Part shown: one piece after another, positions 40,977-50,734 of the stretch
How the letters are laid out: each line of letters begins with the position of its first letter
How positions within the stretch are numbered: the stretch's first letter is position 1
DNA from: a virus
Taxonomy: Duplodnaviria; Caudoviricetes
Reading direction: 5' to 3' (one strand)
DNA: 64,000 nucleotides
IMG/VR virus record: IMGVR_UViG_3300028920_000072
Coordinates: 1,123-65,122 of that record
Made by a program: the position numbers and the translations under genes
Notes under the pieces: model-generated
Databases searched by the model: none
What the model saw: the letters and a program-made list of their open reading frames with translations, nothing else
What the model was told of the DNA's origin: nothing

Positions 40977-41538
40977 ATTTTGTTTTCTCTTTTTGTTTTT
41001 TCACTTGTTCATGAATAGTATGCCATGGATCTGTACAAAGTTTATCTTCTATTTTACCACGTTCTCTTTTTTTACAAGTTGGACATACTTTATTCTTTTT
41101 ATAGTGTTCTTCAAGTTTTTTCTGTTCCTCTTCTCTTTTACGTTTTTCCTCTTCAATTTGTTTCCTATATTCGAAGATTTTTTTAGATATTTCTGGAGGA
41201 TAGTTATATTGTATTATTGTTTTATATTTAGGTTTAGCAATACGTTTTACTATAACTATTTTTTCTTCATATCCTGCCAATATCTTTTTATATAAGTATT
41301 CACCTTTACTATTTATACGTATTCTTTCTGTACCATCTGAAAATCTATCGGTCCAAAGAGTATAATAAAAAATGGGTCGATTAACTTTAATTCGTTTTTC
41401 AATCCATTTGTCTTTTGGTTCTATTTTTATTGTTTGTAGTTTAGCAAATCTTGAATTTAATCTTCGTTTTTGATTGCCTCTACGTATTCGTCTATCTCCT
41501 TTACCAATAGGCGAAGGAGTATTGTTTTCTTTAGTCAT
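40975..41538 (-). CDS. Hypothetical basic protein with C-terminal CxxC...C...H
   Basis: 187 aa; CPTC...CTDPWH. Confidence 0.55.
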   Translation of the reverse strand: MTKENNTPSPIGKGDRRIRRGNQKRRLNSRFAKLQTIKIEPKDKWIEKRIKVNRPIFYYTLWTDRFSDGTERIRINSKGEYLYKKILAGYEEKIVIVKRIAKPKYKTIIQYNYPPEISKKIFEYRKQIEEEKRKREEEQKKLEEHYKKNKVCPTCKKRERGKIEDKLCTDPWHTIHEQVKKQKEKTK

Positions 41539-41539
41539 A

Positions 41540-42262
41540 TTATACTGCTATTTTAGTACCATTGGTAAGTAATACATACAACTTAGTTTCATGTATTACT
41601 TTAGTATTTTTGGCTGGTATATTACCGTGCCTATTGCGTATTTTCTTTTGTTTTTCTTCTTTGTCTTTTAATGAATTAGCATATATACCTAAGAAACATT
41701 TGCCAATATTATCATTTGGAACATCTGCAATTGGATTTCTACTATCTAATCTTAAAAGATATCGCCAATCTTGATTTATAGGATCATTTATTTTATTTTT
41801 AGTAAACCATTTATCATATATCGGTTTTTGAATCATATCAAATTGGCTAAGAAGTCTTTGATGTATACCTTCTACATATACATCATGTTCATAACATTGA
41901 TTATCTTTTTTAGGATATACTACTACTTTTAATCCTCTTATTTTGAACATTAATGGTAAATTATCATAATGTAATAACCTATAAAGATAATCAGTTTTGA
42001 AATATTTTTTCACTTTTATATAGTTTTTTTGTAAAGCTTTCTTCAATTCTTCTTTTCTATTTGCATAATAATGATCTTCTCCGTTTTTACCTACAGTTTC
42101 TTCTACATAAAATATTGTGATTTCTCCATTCGGTTTACGAAAAATAACATTTGGTCTTTCATAAAGGAAACCTTCCTTAGAAAATTCTCCTAAAGAAGGT
42201 GTCCTATATAAATTATAATAAGTAAGTCTGAAAGCTCTACTAAGAGCTTTGTTTTTAGTCAT
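41540..42262 (-). CDS. Hypothetical protein
   Basis: 240-aa ORF coupled to its neighbours. Confidence 0.55.
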   Translation of the reverse strand: MTKNKALSRAFRLTYYNLYRTPSLGEFSKEGFLYERPNVIFRKPNGEITIFYVEETVGKNGEDHYYANRKEELKKALQKNYIKVKKYFKTDYLYRLLHYDNLPLMFKIRGLKVVVYPKKDNQCYEHDVYVEGIHQRLLSQFDMIQKPIYDKWFTKNKINDPINQDWRYLLRLDSRNPIADVPNDNIGKCFLGIYANSLKDKEEKQKKIRNRHGNIPAKNTKVIHETKLYVLLTNGTKIAV

Positions 42263-42482
42263 TCTTCTCGTAGATGTTATTTTCTCTTAGAATTTTTGAT
42301 CGTTCTTTTTTAAGTTGTTTTTTTCTAACATCATAATAATCTTTTTCTATGAAAGGAAGAGCTCTATCTAGCTCTGCTTCAGCATAGTGTATTCCTACAA
42401 GATTTGTTATTGTTTCTGTGTTTTTTTCATCAAGAATTTTTATTTGATGCATAAGAGCATCTTTTTTTTCATCTGTGTTCAT
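42255..42482 (-). CDS. Hypothetical protein
   Basis: 75-aa ORF overlapping both neighbours. Confidence 0.5.
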   Translation of the reverse strand: MNTDEKKDALMHQIKILDEKNTETITNLVGIHYAEAELDRALPFIEKDYYDVRKKQLKKERSKILRENNIYEKND

Positions 42483-43734
42483 TTGATTTATTTTTTTTAT
42501 TGACTAATTTATTTCTATTTGCTTCATATTGACCAGTCCAAATCGTAAAGTTGGCAAATATTCCCATTTCTTTTGACCATAAGAATGATTCTCCACCTGG
42601 TATAGCATCAGTAAATACATTATCTGCATGCCATTTGTCAACTGGTGATAAAGCGGTTATTTGACGACATAAAACTCCACCACTAGTAAATATTGGTGCA
42701 ACTTTTATATCTTGTTTTTTGTGTAAATGACCATGATGCCATTCTCTAAATTTACTTTTACCCCACATTTCTGGGAATTTCTGGGCAAGTTCATTACTCC
42801 AAGTGTTTTGTTTGCCTGTAATTCTATGAGTCCATCCTACTAATAAGGTGCCCCATAGTCTGGCTTTGCTTGGATCTTCGCTTGTATCAAAAGTAACTCG
42901 TTTATAATTACGGAAATATTGTTCTAATGCATGACATAGCATGAATGATGCTAAGAAGTCATGATTACCAGGTATCCATATAACTTCAACAGGGGCAATC
43001 TTACTTGCTTTAATAATGTTATCTTTGCTTATAATAAAAGCTTTCTTATGTACTTTTGTTATTCTACCATCAACATCTAAAGTATGTTGACCACCCGTTG
43101 TATTTCCCGCCATGTTATCCATATGATACATGTCTTGTCCTATGATATAAAATATCTTTTCAGGTTTATGTGGAGCTATCAATGCAAGATTTTCATCTGT
43201 TGCATATTGATAATCTTTTAATGCAATATTGAGATCATAATTCCTATAACCTGTTTCTTGCAACCATGCTAATTTTGCTAAATGAGCATCAAAAGTTGTT
43301 AATTCTGCAGCTATACCATTTTCATAGTGTTTACTAAGAGTAAGAACTTCTGGTGGTTTATAAGCTGGCATATCTTTTACTATTTCTTCAAAAGATTTAA
43401 GAATATCAGCTTCAATAGGTTTACGCATGAATGTTACCTCAACTGAATTGGTTTCATTTTTAGCTACCATAAATTCTGGAAAATGTTGACTATGACCATC
43501 CATAAGTTGTTGTTTGATCATGTTTCCTTTTTCATCTGGTTGAGTCTCAATAGTCCATGTTAATTCTTGTTCTCGTTTTTTAGCTGATGTATTCCACCAA
43601 CCTTCTTTTACTTTAAAGGAATGTACATAAAATAAGTTCATGTCTATTTCTAATTTCTTAGCTATTTCTTTTATAACTTTAGAACCTATTCCACTATAAT
43701 TTCCTTTACCTGTTACTTTTTTTGATGTATTCAT
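42469..43734 (-). CDS. Calcineurin-like metallophosphoesterase
   Basis: DAHLAK, GQDMYHMD, PGNHD, WTH, HHGHLH motifs. Confidence 0.8.
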   Translation of the reverse strand: MNTSKKVTGKGNYSGIGSKVIKEIAKKLEIDMNLFYVHSFKVKEGWWNTSAKKREQELTWTIETQPDEKGNMIKQQLMDGHSQHFPEFMVAKNETNSVEVTFMRKPIEADILKSFEEIVKDMPAYKPPEVLTLSKHYENGIAAELTTFDAHLAKLAWLQETGYRNYDLNIALKDYQYATDENLALIAPHKPEKIFYIIGQDMYHMDNMAGNTTGGQHTLDVDGRITKVHKKAFIISKDNIIKASKIAPVEVIWIPGNHDFLASFMLCHALEQYFRNYKRVTFDTSEDPSKARLWGTLLVGWTHRITGKQNTWSNELAQKFPEMWGKSKFREWHHGHLHKKQDIKVAPIFTSGGVLCRQITALSPVDKWHADNVFTDAIPGGESFLWSKEMGIFANFTIWTGQYEANRNKLVNKKNKSNEHR

Positions 43735-43759
43735 ATTTTGATGTTTTAATATTTAAAAA

Positions 43760-43844
43760 GGGTGGCCCTACTTGGGTTCGCACCAAGGACTCATACTAAA
43801 TTTATAGTAAGCTACTACCTTAATTCTGTGATAATAATAGGGCC
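43760..43844 (-). ncRNA. tRNA-like cloverleaf / pseudo-tRNA
   Basis: Acceptor stem GGCCCTA/TAGGGCC-A-CCC; T-arm CTTGG-TGCGAAC-CCAAG; non-canonical D and anticodon arms. Confidence 0.55.
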
Positions 43845-43855
43845 TTCCCGTTAAT

Positions 43856-44737
43856 TTACTCTTCTCCAAATAATTTTTGGATTTCTTCTAGTTTTTCAGC
43901 AACTTTTTCTTCTGATAAACAATCTCCTTTATCAATAACTACGAATTCTCTACTTTCAGAAACATCTATTTCTATACCTGGTTCTGGTTCTGAGTTATCC
44001 CAGGACCATTCGTCAACAGTGTTACTAAGTATAGAAACTGCTTGTCCTAATCCATAGTTTCCAGCTATTTTTCCTATCATGATTTGAAATAGCCAATATC
44101 TCAAAAACCATGGAGAAAATATATTTAATAATAAAGATTTGTTTATTGGTTCAGTGTAATCTTTTACAAGTATTTCTATACTTAGATAATCAATTGGTTT
44201 GTCATGATAATATCCAGTATTTTTACCGCTTTCTACTGCATATATTCTTACTTTATAACTTAAATTTTCTAAATAATCTGCAATAGTAACTGCTGCAAAT
44301 GCTTTATATAACATTTCTTCTGGTGATACAAAAGCATTTTCACCTACCATAACGTACATATCAACAAATTTACCATTTTGGTTACCTTTGTCTCTTACAC
44401 GTTCTTTTAAAAATTGTTTTCCTTCATACAATCTTTCAATATCCATAGTGTCTCCGTCTATATCATTCCATTTATATTTAAATTTAGATGATCCTAATTC
44501 AGGAAACATATCTTCAATTTCTTGTAATTTTTCTATTCCTGGAGTATAACCATATTTATATTTTTCAATATCTATATTTGTTAATCCTCTAAAACCTGGA
44601 TTATCGTTAAATATTTCATCTTTTATTCTCTCTTCACATCCTCCTGCTTCATGATCTATTATTCCACATTCAGTATAAAAATCATCTAGAGAGTCAAATT
44701 TGAAATATAAATTTACTCCATCACTTTCATTTTTCAT
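43856..44737 (-). CDS. vWA-like partner of the MoxR/CobS AAA ATPase
   Basis: Directly downstream of the AAA gene; DIERLYEG...ADYLENLSYKVRIYA...VKDYTEP...SPWFLR. Confidence 0.55.
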   Translation of the reverse strand: MKNESDGVNLYFKFDSLDDFYTECGIIDHEAGGCEERIKDEIFNDNPGFRGLTNIDIEKYKYGYTPGIEKLQEIEDMFPELGSSKFKYKWNDIDGDTMDIERLYEGKQFLKERVRDKGNQNGKFVDMYVMVGENAFVSPEEMLYKAFAAVTIADYLENLSYKVRIYAVESGKNTGYYHDKPIDYLSIEILVKDYTEPINKSLLLNIFSPWFLRYWLFQIMIGKIAGNYGLGQAVSILSNTVDEWSWDNSEPEPGIEIDVSESREFVVIDKGDCLSEEKVAEKLEEIQKLFGEE

Positions 44738-45855
44738 GTATCTTTTCTAATTTCGCGTAATCCTACTGTATCGGTAATTTCTTCAAAATCAATATTTACT
44801 TCATTGGTATCTGGTTCAATATATCTTTGTAACATATTTAGTTCATTAGGAGACCAGTTTAATATTAATCTTTCTCTCCAATCGGTTGGAAAATGTTTTT
44901 TTATATTACAACCATTTATTATCATTCTCGTAGATGCAATTCTACGAAGAGCATTCTTTTTAATGACATCTCTTAACAACCATATGTAGTTTACAACGTC
45001 ATTATCAAATTGAGATTCATATTCTATAGAATAATCTACTTCAAGTATGCCGCCAACAAATCTATCGATAGTTGATGCATCTAATTGATTATTAGATACA
45101 TATTGTCTATTAGCACCTTGTCCGAATGTATTAGAAGTAGCAATGATTATACAATCTTCGTGTCGTCGTTTAATACCTGTTGTAGTATTAACAAATCCGT
45201 TTGCTAAAGCTGAGTTAGCAACTTGAGCTACTGATGGATCAAGAGCTGTAAACTCATCTAATATTATTACAGATGCTTTTTCATAAAAATCTGCAAATTT
45301 AGTAGATTCTCGACTTGGATATTTATATCCTAAAAACTCTGTTGCACTTGTTCCTAAACCACAAGAAATTACGAAACTTTCTCTTTTTAAACGTTTGGCT
45401 ACATTTTCTGACATTACTGTTTTGCCACAGCCAGCTGGTCCTACAAGCCATAGATTTTTTATACCTGCTTGTATAGTATTAAGAATAGTTTCTTCGTCTA
45501 CAAAAATATTATTTAAAGTTTCTATTTTAAAATCAACTTTTACTTTTTTATTTGCACCTTCGCCTTGTCCTGATTCTGTCTTCTTAGCTTCTTTTTTTTC
45601 ATTTTCACCATCTTCGCCTTTACCTTTGCCTTCTTCTCCGTCTTTTTCTTTTGATTTTTTCGGTGGAAATTTTTCAAAAGTAACTTTATTATGAGGAACT
45701 TTTACTATTACTCCAGTAGGGGTTTTTATTTTAATGTACTTTTCTGTATTTTCAATTACTTTGAATTCTCCAGTTGTTACATTAGAATTATCATTATTTA
45801 ATTTAACTTTACCAATAAATTTATCAGAGGTTTTTAATCCCTTTAATACTTCCAT
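44734..45855 (-). CDS. MoxR/CobS-like AAA+ ATPase
   Basis: GPAGCGKT, IILDEF, IATSNTFGQGANRQYV, QLDASTIDRF. Confidence 0.85.
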   Translation of the reverse strand: MEVLKGLKTSDKFIGKVKLNNDNSNVTTGEFKVIENTEKYIKIKTPTGVIVKVPHNKVTFEKFPPKKSKEKDGEEGKGKGEDGENEKKEAKKTESGQGEGANKKVKVDFKIETLNNIFVDEETILNTIQAGIKNLWLVGPAGCGKTVMSENVAKRLKRESFVISCGLGTSATEFLGYKYPSRESTKFADFYEKASVIILDEFTALDPSVAQVANSALANGFVNTTTGIKRRHEDCIIIATSNTFGQGANRQYVSNNQLDASTIDRFVGGILEVDYSIEYESQFDNDVVNYIWLLRDVIKKNALRRIASTRMIINGCNIKKHFPTDWRERLILNWSPNELNMLQRYIEPDTNEVNIDFEEITDTVGLREIRKDT

Positions 45856-45878
45856 ATTTGTTATGTTTGTTATATTTT

Positions 45879-45910
45879 AAAAATAAAGGGCTACTTTTCA
45901 CAGTAGCCCT
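45879..45910 (-). terminator. Intrinsic terminator after the RNR gene
   Basis: AGGGCTAC/GTAGCCCT stem followed by TTATTTTT on the - strand. Confidence 0.65.
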
Positions 45911-45937
45911 GGTCTTTGAATTGCATATTATGCAAAT

Positions 45938-47920
45938 CTAGACTATTTCGCAAGTATCATTATTACAAAATAGTTCTGGTTTAGATTCTTCACTTACACC
46001 ATTTAATTCAAATGGTTTTAATTTGCGAATCATTTTTTTGTATTCATCTTCAGATATTTCTTCATATGGCATTTGTGGATATGAAGTTTTCTCTAATTTT
46101 GGTAAAAAGCTAACTCCTTTCAATTTATATTGAAAATAATTAAGAGCAGATGCTATTTGATCTTTTTCTTCTTTTTTAAATGTTATTGTACACGATACTT
46201 GGTTATCTGCCCAGTACTCTTGTAAAAATGCGGCTAAAGATAATTGTTCCCACATACTTACTTCAGATAGTGTACGAGTTCCTGTAATTGCCACAGGAAT
46301 CTCAATAACAGAAGTATTTTCTGGATCATTTACATCTAATTCTACTTTATAGTTAGCTTTTTTAATATATTCAAGTAAATTAGAATTATTAGATATTCTA
46401 ATTCTTCTTTTATAATAGTTTCCCTCAGGAAAATGCATTCCTGGTGTTACTCCAGGTAATAAAGACACTGTACCTGAAGGTTTAATGCTGGTTGTTTTTA
46501 TACTTCTAGGTATAGCAAACCAGTCACTATATATTTTATCATAGTATTGTATTATATTGTATCCATCGTCCAACCATTCATATAATTGGTGAATACCATT
46601 ACTGTCAAGGAATTGAGCTATTCCACTAACAGAAGTTCCAATGCGTCTATTACGTAATTGTACTCTATTTGTTTCTGACCAATGAGTTGTACCTAAAGTT
46701 ACAGTTTTTGCATATAGGTATGCGAATTTTAATGTGCGTTTAAAGTCCTCTAAGGACTCATGCATTGTTGGAAATGTTTCTACCAAGCAACACATTTCAT
46801 ATGATTCTAAGGTTTGTTCCATGCATGGATTAGCTCCGACACTACGTAAGTCTCTTCTGTTACTATTATCTCCGAGTCTTCCGAAGTTACGCATGTTATC
46901 AAGCCAGGCAAATCCAGGTTCACCGTTCTTACCTGCTTGCTTTGCAACAGCTTTGTAATCTTGTCCCAGTTCACAAAATACTGAGTTATTACTTGCCCAT
47001 CCCCATTGAGCACGATGCACGTTTCTTCCAACATAGGTTTCAGTTTTATTATCCCAAATGTAGTCTTTAAGTTTAAGATAGTCTTCGTCATTTGGGTCAC
47101 CAAATACTATTTGAGCAGTTCTTCTAACATTACCTGCAACTACACAAACACCAATCATATTCATAATATCTACAATATCTTGAATAGTAATTTTTTCACC
47201 TATTCTTTTACTTAATAGATGTTTTATTTGTTCATGTAATTTACGTAATGGTTCGGCTCCTGCCGATTTACCACCAAAAGTTTTTATAGTTTCACCTTTT
47301 TTTCTTATTTTATTATATTTAAACACAGGGAGTGATTCTCCTTTAAAATAAGCATTTAAAACTAATTTGAGTGATTCTACCCAACCTTCTCTGGTATCAG
47401 GTATTGTAAATTCATATGAATCTTTAGATGGTTTTAAAATAGTTAATTTTTTAGCTCCTTTAACATCAAATCCTACGCCTACTCCAAGCATAGAAAAATC
47501 CATCATAAATTCAAATGGTTTACTTAAGTCTTTATCTAAATTTTCAGTAGATACAAAAGCACAATTATTTAAAGCAACAAATAAACCTCTATTTTCGATT
47601 ATATCTGTTCCCATGGCCCATAAACCACGACCTGGTGGTAAAAATTTCATATTAAACATTCGATCATACATTTCTTCTGCAGATCTATGTGCTTTTTCTT
47701 CATCCCAACCTAAGTTGTTTTCTGTAATATAACGCTTTTGAATAGAATATGTGCCTTCTACAACTCTTCGAATTGTTTCATACCATTTTTCATTTAAGCC
47801 ATTCTCTTTTATTCTAGAGTATGTTCTTAAATAAGTTATCTCTCCTAATCCATTAAATCCAAACTCTGGTTTAATACTTTTATATTTATTTATAAAACTA
47901 TCTTTTAATTCAAAATTCAT
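45938..47920 (-). CDS. nrdJ: Class II (adenosylcobalamin-dependent) ribonucleotide reductase, monomeric RTPR type
   Basis: LPPGRGLWAMG, LNNCAF, GVGVGFD, VVAGNVRR, GANPCMEQ.L..E.CCLVE, TSIKPSGTVS, C-terminal CNNDTC. Confidence 0.92.
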   Translation of the reverse strand: MNFELKDSFINKYKSIKPEFGFNGLGEITYLRTYSRIKENGLNEKWYETIRRVVEGTYSIQKRYITENNLGWDEEKAHRSAEEMYDRMFNMKFLPPGRGLWAMGTDIIENRGLFVALNNCAFVSTENLDKDLSKPFEFMMDFSMLGVGVGFDVKGAKKLTILKPSKDSYEFTIPDTREGWVESLKLVLNAYFKGESLPVFKYNKIRKKGETIKTFGGKSAGAEPLRKLHEQIKHLLSKRIGEKITIQDIVDIMNMIGVCVVAGNVRRTAQIVFGDPNDEDYLKLKDYIWDNKTETYVGRNVHRAQWGWASNNSVFCELGQDYKAVAKQAGKNGEPGFAWLDNMRNFGRLGDNSNRRDLRSVGANPCMEQTLESYEMCCLVETFPTMHESLEDFKRTLKFAYLYAKTVTLGTTHWSETNRVQLRNRRIGTSVSGIAQFLDSNGIHQLYEWLDDGYNIIQYYDKIYSDWFAIPRSIKTTSIKPSGTVSLLPGVTPGMHFPEGNYYKRRIRISNNSNLLEYIKKANYKVELDVNDPENTSVIEIPVAITGTRTLSEVSMWEQLSLAAFLQEYWADNQVSCTITFKKEEKDQIASALNYFQYKLKGVSFLPKLEKTSYPQMPYEEISEDEYKKMIRKLKPFELNGVSEESKPELFCNNDTCEIV

Positions 47921-47937
47921 TCGATTCTAACTTGTTA

Positions 47938-47964
47938 TAAAAGGCTGTGTATTGAACACAGCCC
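47938..47964 (-). terminator. Intrinsic terminator
   Basis: GGCTGTGT/ACACAGCC stem with TTTT on the - strand. Confidence 0.6.
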
Positions 47965-47970
47965 TTATTT

Positions 47971-48438
47971 TTATTTATCTTCTGTATATAATTTTTTTGA
48001 AGCAAGTTTTAAATCGTCATCGATTTCAACTTTAATTTTGGTATCTCTGTTGAAATTTGTTAGTTTAGTTTTAATTTTAGACTTTTCTTCTTCCAATGAT
48101 TTAATAATGTCATTAATTTCAGTATCTATAAAGTAAGCATTATCATTATTATCGATATTTAAATTTTGAAAAAATCTTATTCGATTATTGATATTAAATA
48201 ATTTATATATATAATAATTATTTGTATTTTTATCAGCATGTTTTTGTTTATTTGCATCCTGAATGGCTTCTTTAAGTACTATAAATTGATCTTCTAACAT
48301 TTCTAATCTTATTAAAATTGAATCTAGATCAATTCCTGCTTCATTATAATCTTGGATATATTGGAGAGCTTTTGCTATTTCTTCTTCTACTTCATCCCTC
48401 ATTTTTCTTACTATTGTGAGGGGCAGTTTTATTTTCAT
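47971..48438 (-). CDS. Hypothetical coiled-coil protein
   Basis: 155-aa helical ORF. Confidence 0.6.
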   Translation of the reverse strand: MKIKLPLTIVRKMRDEVEEEIAKALQYIQDYNEAGIDLDSILIRLEMLEDQFIVLKEAIQDANKQKHADKNTNNYYIYKLFNINNRIRFFQNLNIDNNDNAYFIDTEINDIIKSLEEEKSKIKTKLTNFNRDTKIKVEIDDDLKLASKKLYTEDK

Positions 48439-48511
48439 ATTCTATTTGATTTTTTGGAACTATTAGAAAACCTGTCAATTCTAACAGTAATTAATACATA
48501 CCAAGCATTTT

Positions 48512-49159
48512 CTAATATCTTTCCAAAGCAATCATAGTATATAAATATTTACCTATACTTCTTTCCTTTTTGTTTTTATAAGTAAATATCATGGGATCTA
48601 TTGTTTTCCCATTTTTAATTATTTCATAATGTAAATGCGATCCTGTTGTTAAACCTGTAATACCCACAGTACCTAATACTGTTTTTACATTGATAATATC
48701 ACCTTTATTTACATTGATTTTTTTCAAATGTGCATACCTTGTTCTATAACCATTTGCATGTTTAATTATTACTTGGTTTCCATAGCCATATTTGGAATAT
48801 TTAATAAGTTCTACAATTCCATTAGCTGTAGCTCGAACATTAGTATTTAATTCTGATTTAATATCTATACCAACATGTTTGTGCCAATGTTTATATATTG
48901 GATGTAATCTATAACCATAGTCACTACTTATTCCTTGTATTAAAGTTGGTTTAATTGGAGAGTATATTGGAATACTATCCAAGTAAAGATATATTGCAGT
49001 GCTTTCATCTTCTATTCTGCTTTTTATTTTTTCTACTTCTTCACTATATATAATGTAATCATTTTTACTTTTTTCATTGATGATTTCACCTCCACCAACG
49101 AAAGCAGTTGAAGCATTAAGAGCAAAAAGAAGAAAAAGCAATTTTAGCAATTTCTTCAT
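48512..49159 (-). CDS. M23 family peptidase with signal peptide
   Basis: ISSDYGYRLHPI..HVGIDI...GYGNQVIIKH...TRYAHL...TGSHLHYEI. Confidence 0.9.
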   Translation of the reverse strand: MKKLLKLLFLLFALNASTAFVGGGEIINEKSKNDYIIYSEEVEKIKSRIEDESTAIYLYLDSIPIYSPIKPTLIQGISSDYGYRLHPIYKHWHKHVGIDIKSELNTNVRATANGIVELIKYSKYGYGNQVIIKHANGYRTRYAHLKKINVNKGDIINVKTVLGTVGITGLTTGSHLHYEIIKNGKTIDPMIFTYKNKKERSIGKYLYTMIALERY

Positions 49160-49246
49160 AATATAAAATTTAGTTTGACATGTACGTTTATTGTACGTAT
49201 GTGTTTTTAAAAGGTTGCATTTTTAATTAACATAATTTTGATTGCT

Positions 49247-49341
49247 TTGTGGTGTAACTTTTAGTTTCTACCACAATGTATACTCACACCCCTACCACGT
49301 GAAGGTAGTTACTTAAGGGGCAGGCACCCATAATAGGTGCC
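49247..49341 (-). other. Cluster of intergenic hairpins upstream of the M23 gene
   Basis: TTGTGGT/ACCACAA, CTACC/GGTAG within CCCC/GGGG, GGCACC/GGTGCC. Confidence 0.4.
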
Positions 49342-49374
49342 AATGTGATTGTTAAATGTTGTTAACTTAGAATG

Positions 49375-49959
49375 TTACGCAATTTGCTTTATGGGAAAAA
49401 TGCGATTAATTCTTATTGGTAAATTAGTTAAATGACTTTTCATATCATCTAACCAAGTTGATGTGTTTTCTTTTTTCGTTTTCATTTTTTGTCTGAATAG
49501 AGTAGTTATTCCATATATTGATCTTTTTGATATAAACGATAATGTTATATTCGAATTATAGGAATATTCAAGAGAGCTTTGTTCAGAAATTGATATATCT
49601 TGTATATTGTTACAATATAAATTAAATTGTTCCCAAACATAATCAAGTATGTCCCAATGTCTACGCATGTTCATTAATTGAAACATTGCTGAAATTGTAT
49701 CATTAAACACGACTCGATAACCAATTCCTTTGCCTTTTTTTTCTGCTTCATCTGCTATTTTCTCAGGAATGGTTTTTATAATTAGATCCGTAATTAGTAT
49801 TTTTTCTTTTTTGAAAGAATACCAATGTTTTTTTAATGTTATTATACCTGAGTGAGCTACTCTTACATAGCTCACGTCAGGAAATAATGTTGTTAGCATT
49901 TTTTTTACTCTAACTCTTGTTGATTGAGTTATATTTATTATTCTATCAATTGTTTTCAT
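49375..49959 (-). CDS. Hypothetical protein
   Basis: 194-aa ORF. Confidence 0.55.
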   Translation of the reverse strand: MKTIDRIINITQSTRVRVKKMLTTLFPDVSYVRVAHSGIITLKKHWYSFKKEKILITDLIIKTIPEKIADEAEKKGKGIGYRVVFNDTISAMFQLMNMRRHWDILDYVWEQFNLYCNNIQDISISEQSSLEYSYNSNITLSFISKRSIYGITTLFRQKMKTKKENTSTWLDDMKSHLTNLPIRINRIFPIKQIA

Positions 49960-49964
49960 AAATA

Positions 49965-50639
49965 TTATCCTGATAACATCAATCTTATATGTTCTACAAT
50001 TGTGTTATAGTCATACATTGTCATGTCATCAATTTTAACTATATTAATATGATAGAGAAATTGTTTACCAATAAACAACATACTGCCTAATATAAAAGCA
50101 ACGATTCCCATTTTTCTTAATATATATTTCCAATCAAAATATCCATGTTTATAATCATTTCTATAAAATATGAAAATACTAAATAATAAGAAAAGAGATA
50201 CAATTGTAATTAACCAAATTGTATATATTGCATCTACTTTAGCTTTTAAATTTATTAAAGATAGTATGTCTTCTTCAGTATAATTTGTAGCTCTACCTAA
50301 ACGATCAATGATCGTTTCCCACCTCCCTTCTTGTTGAAATTGTAGATAGGTAAATAGATTGCTATTTAAATCATCTAGAGCTGAAACCAGTTTATTTGTT
50401 GCAATTGAATGCAATTCTGTTATTAATCCCATTTGACTAAGATATTCAGTGGTCCTTATATCGTCAATAATAATCTGAGCTGGTTCAAATTGTACATTAA
50501 CTTTTGATTCCTCTTCGTACATGTATGAAGTTGAATCTTCCTGTATTACATATGGAACATCATTGTCCTGATAATATGTAAATGAGGAAAATGTATTGAA
50601 TAGAAAAGGAAGCAAAATAAGTAATAAAAACTTTTTCAT
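49965..50639 (-). CDS. Membrane protein with signal peptide and two TM helices (likely start 50639)
   Basis: MKKFLLLILLPFLF signal-like start; hydrophobic IWLITIVSLFLLFSIFIF and MGIVAFILGSMLFIG. Confidence 0.6.
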   Translation of the reverse strand: MKKFLLLILLPFLFNTFSSFTYYQDNDVPYVIQEDSTSYMYEEESKVNVQFEPAQIIIDDIRTTEYLSQMGLITELHSIATNKLVSALDDLNSNLFTYLQFQQEGRWETIIDRLGRATNYTEEDILSLINLKAKVDAIYTIWLITIVSLFLLFSIFIFYRNDYKHGYFDWKYILRKMGIVAFILGSMLFIGKQFLYHINIVKIDDMTMYDYNTIVEHIRLMLSG

Positions 50640-50734
50640 AATTGTTTGATGTTTAGCTTTAATTATTGATATGTCATAGATAATAGTGGATGCTACTAAA
50701 AGTAGCACCCAAGCTATTATTAAATAAATTTTCC

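Noticed and set aside
43760-43844. Functional canonical tRNA
   Set aside because: No 7-nt anticodon loop, no GG-containing D-loop, T-loop TGCGAAC and no CCA; reported as tRNA-like instead
39023-47920. Inteins or introns in PolB and RNR
   Set aside because: Both proteins are compact with contiguous motifs; no splice-junction or homing-endonuclease motifs
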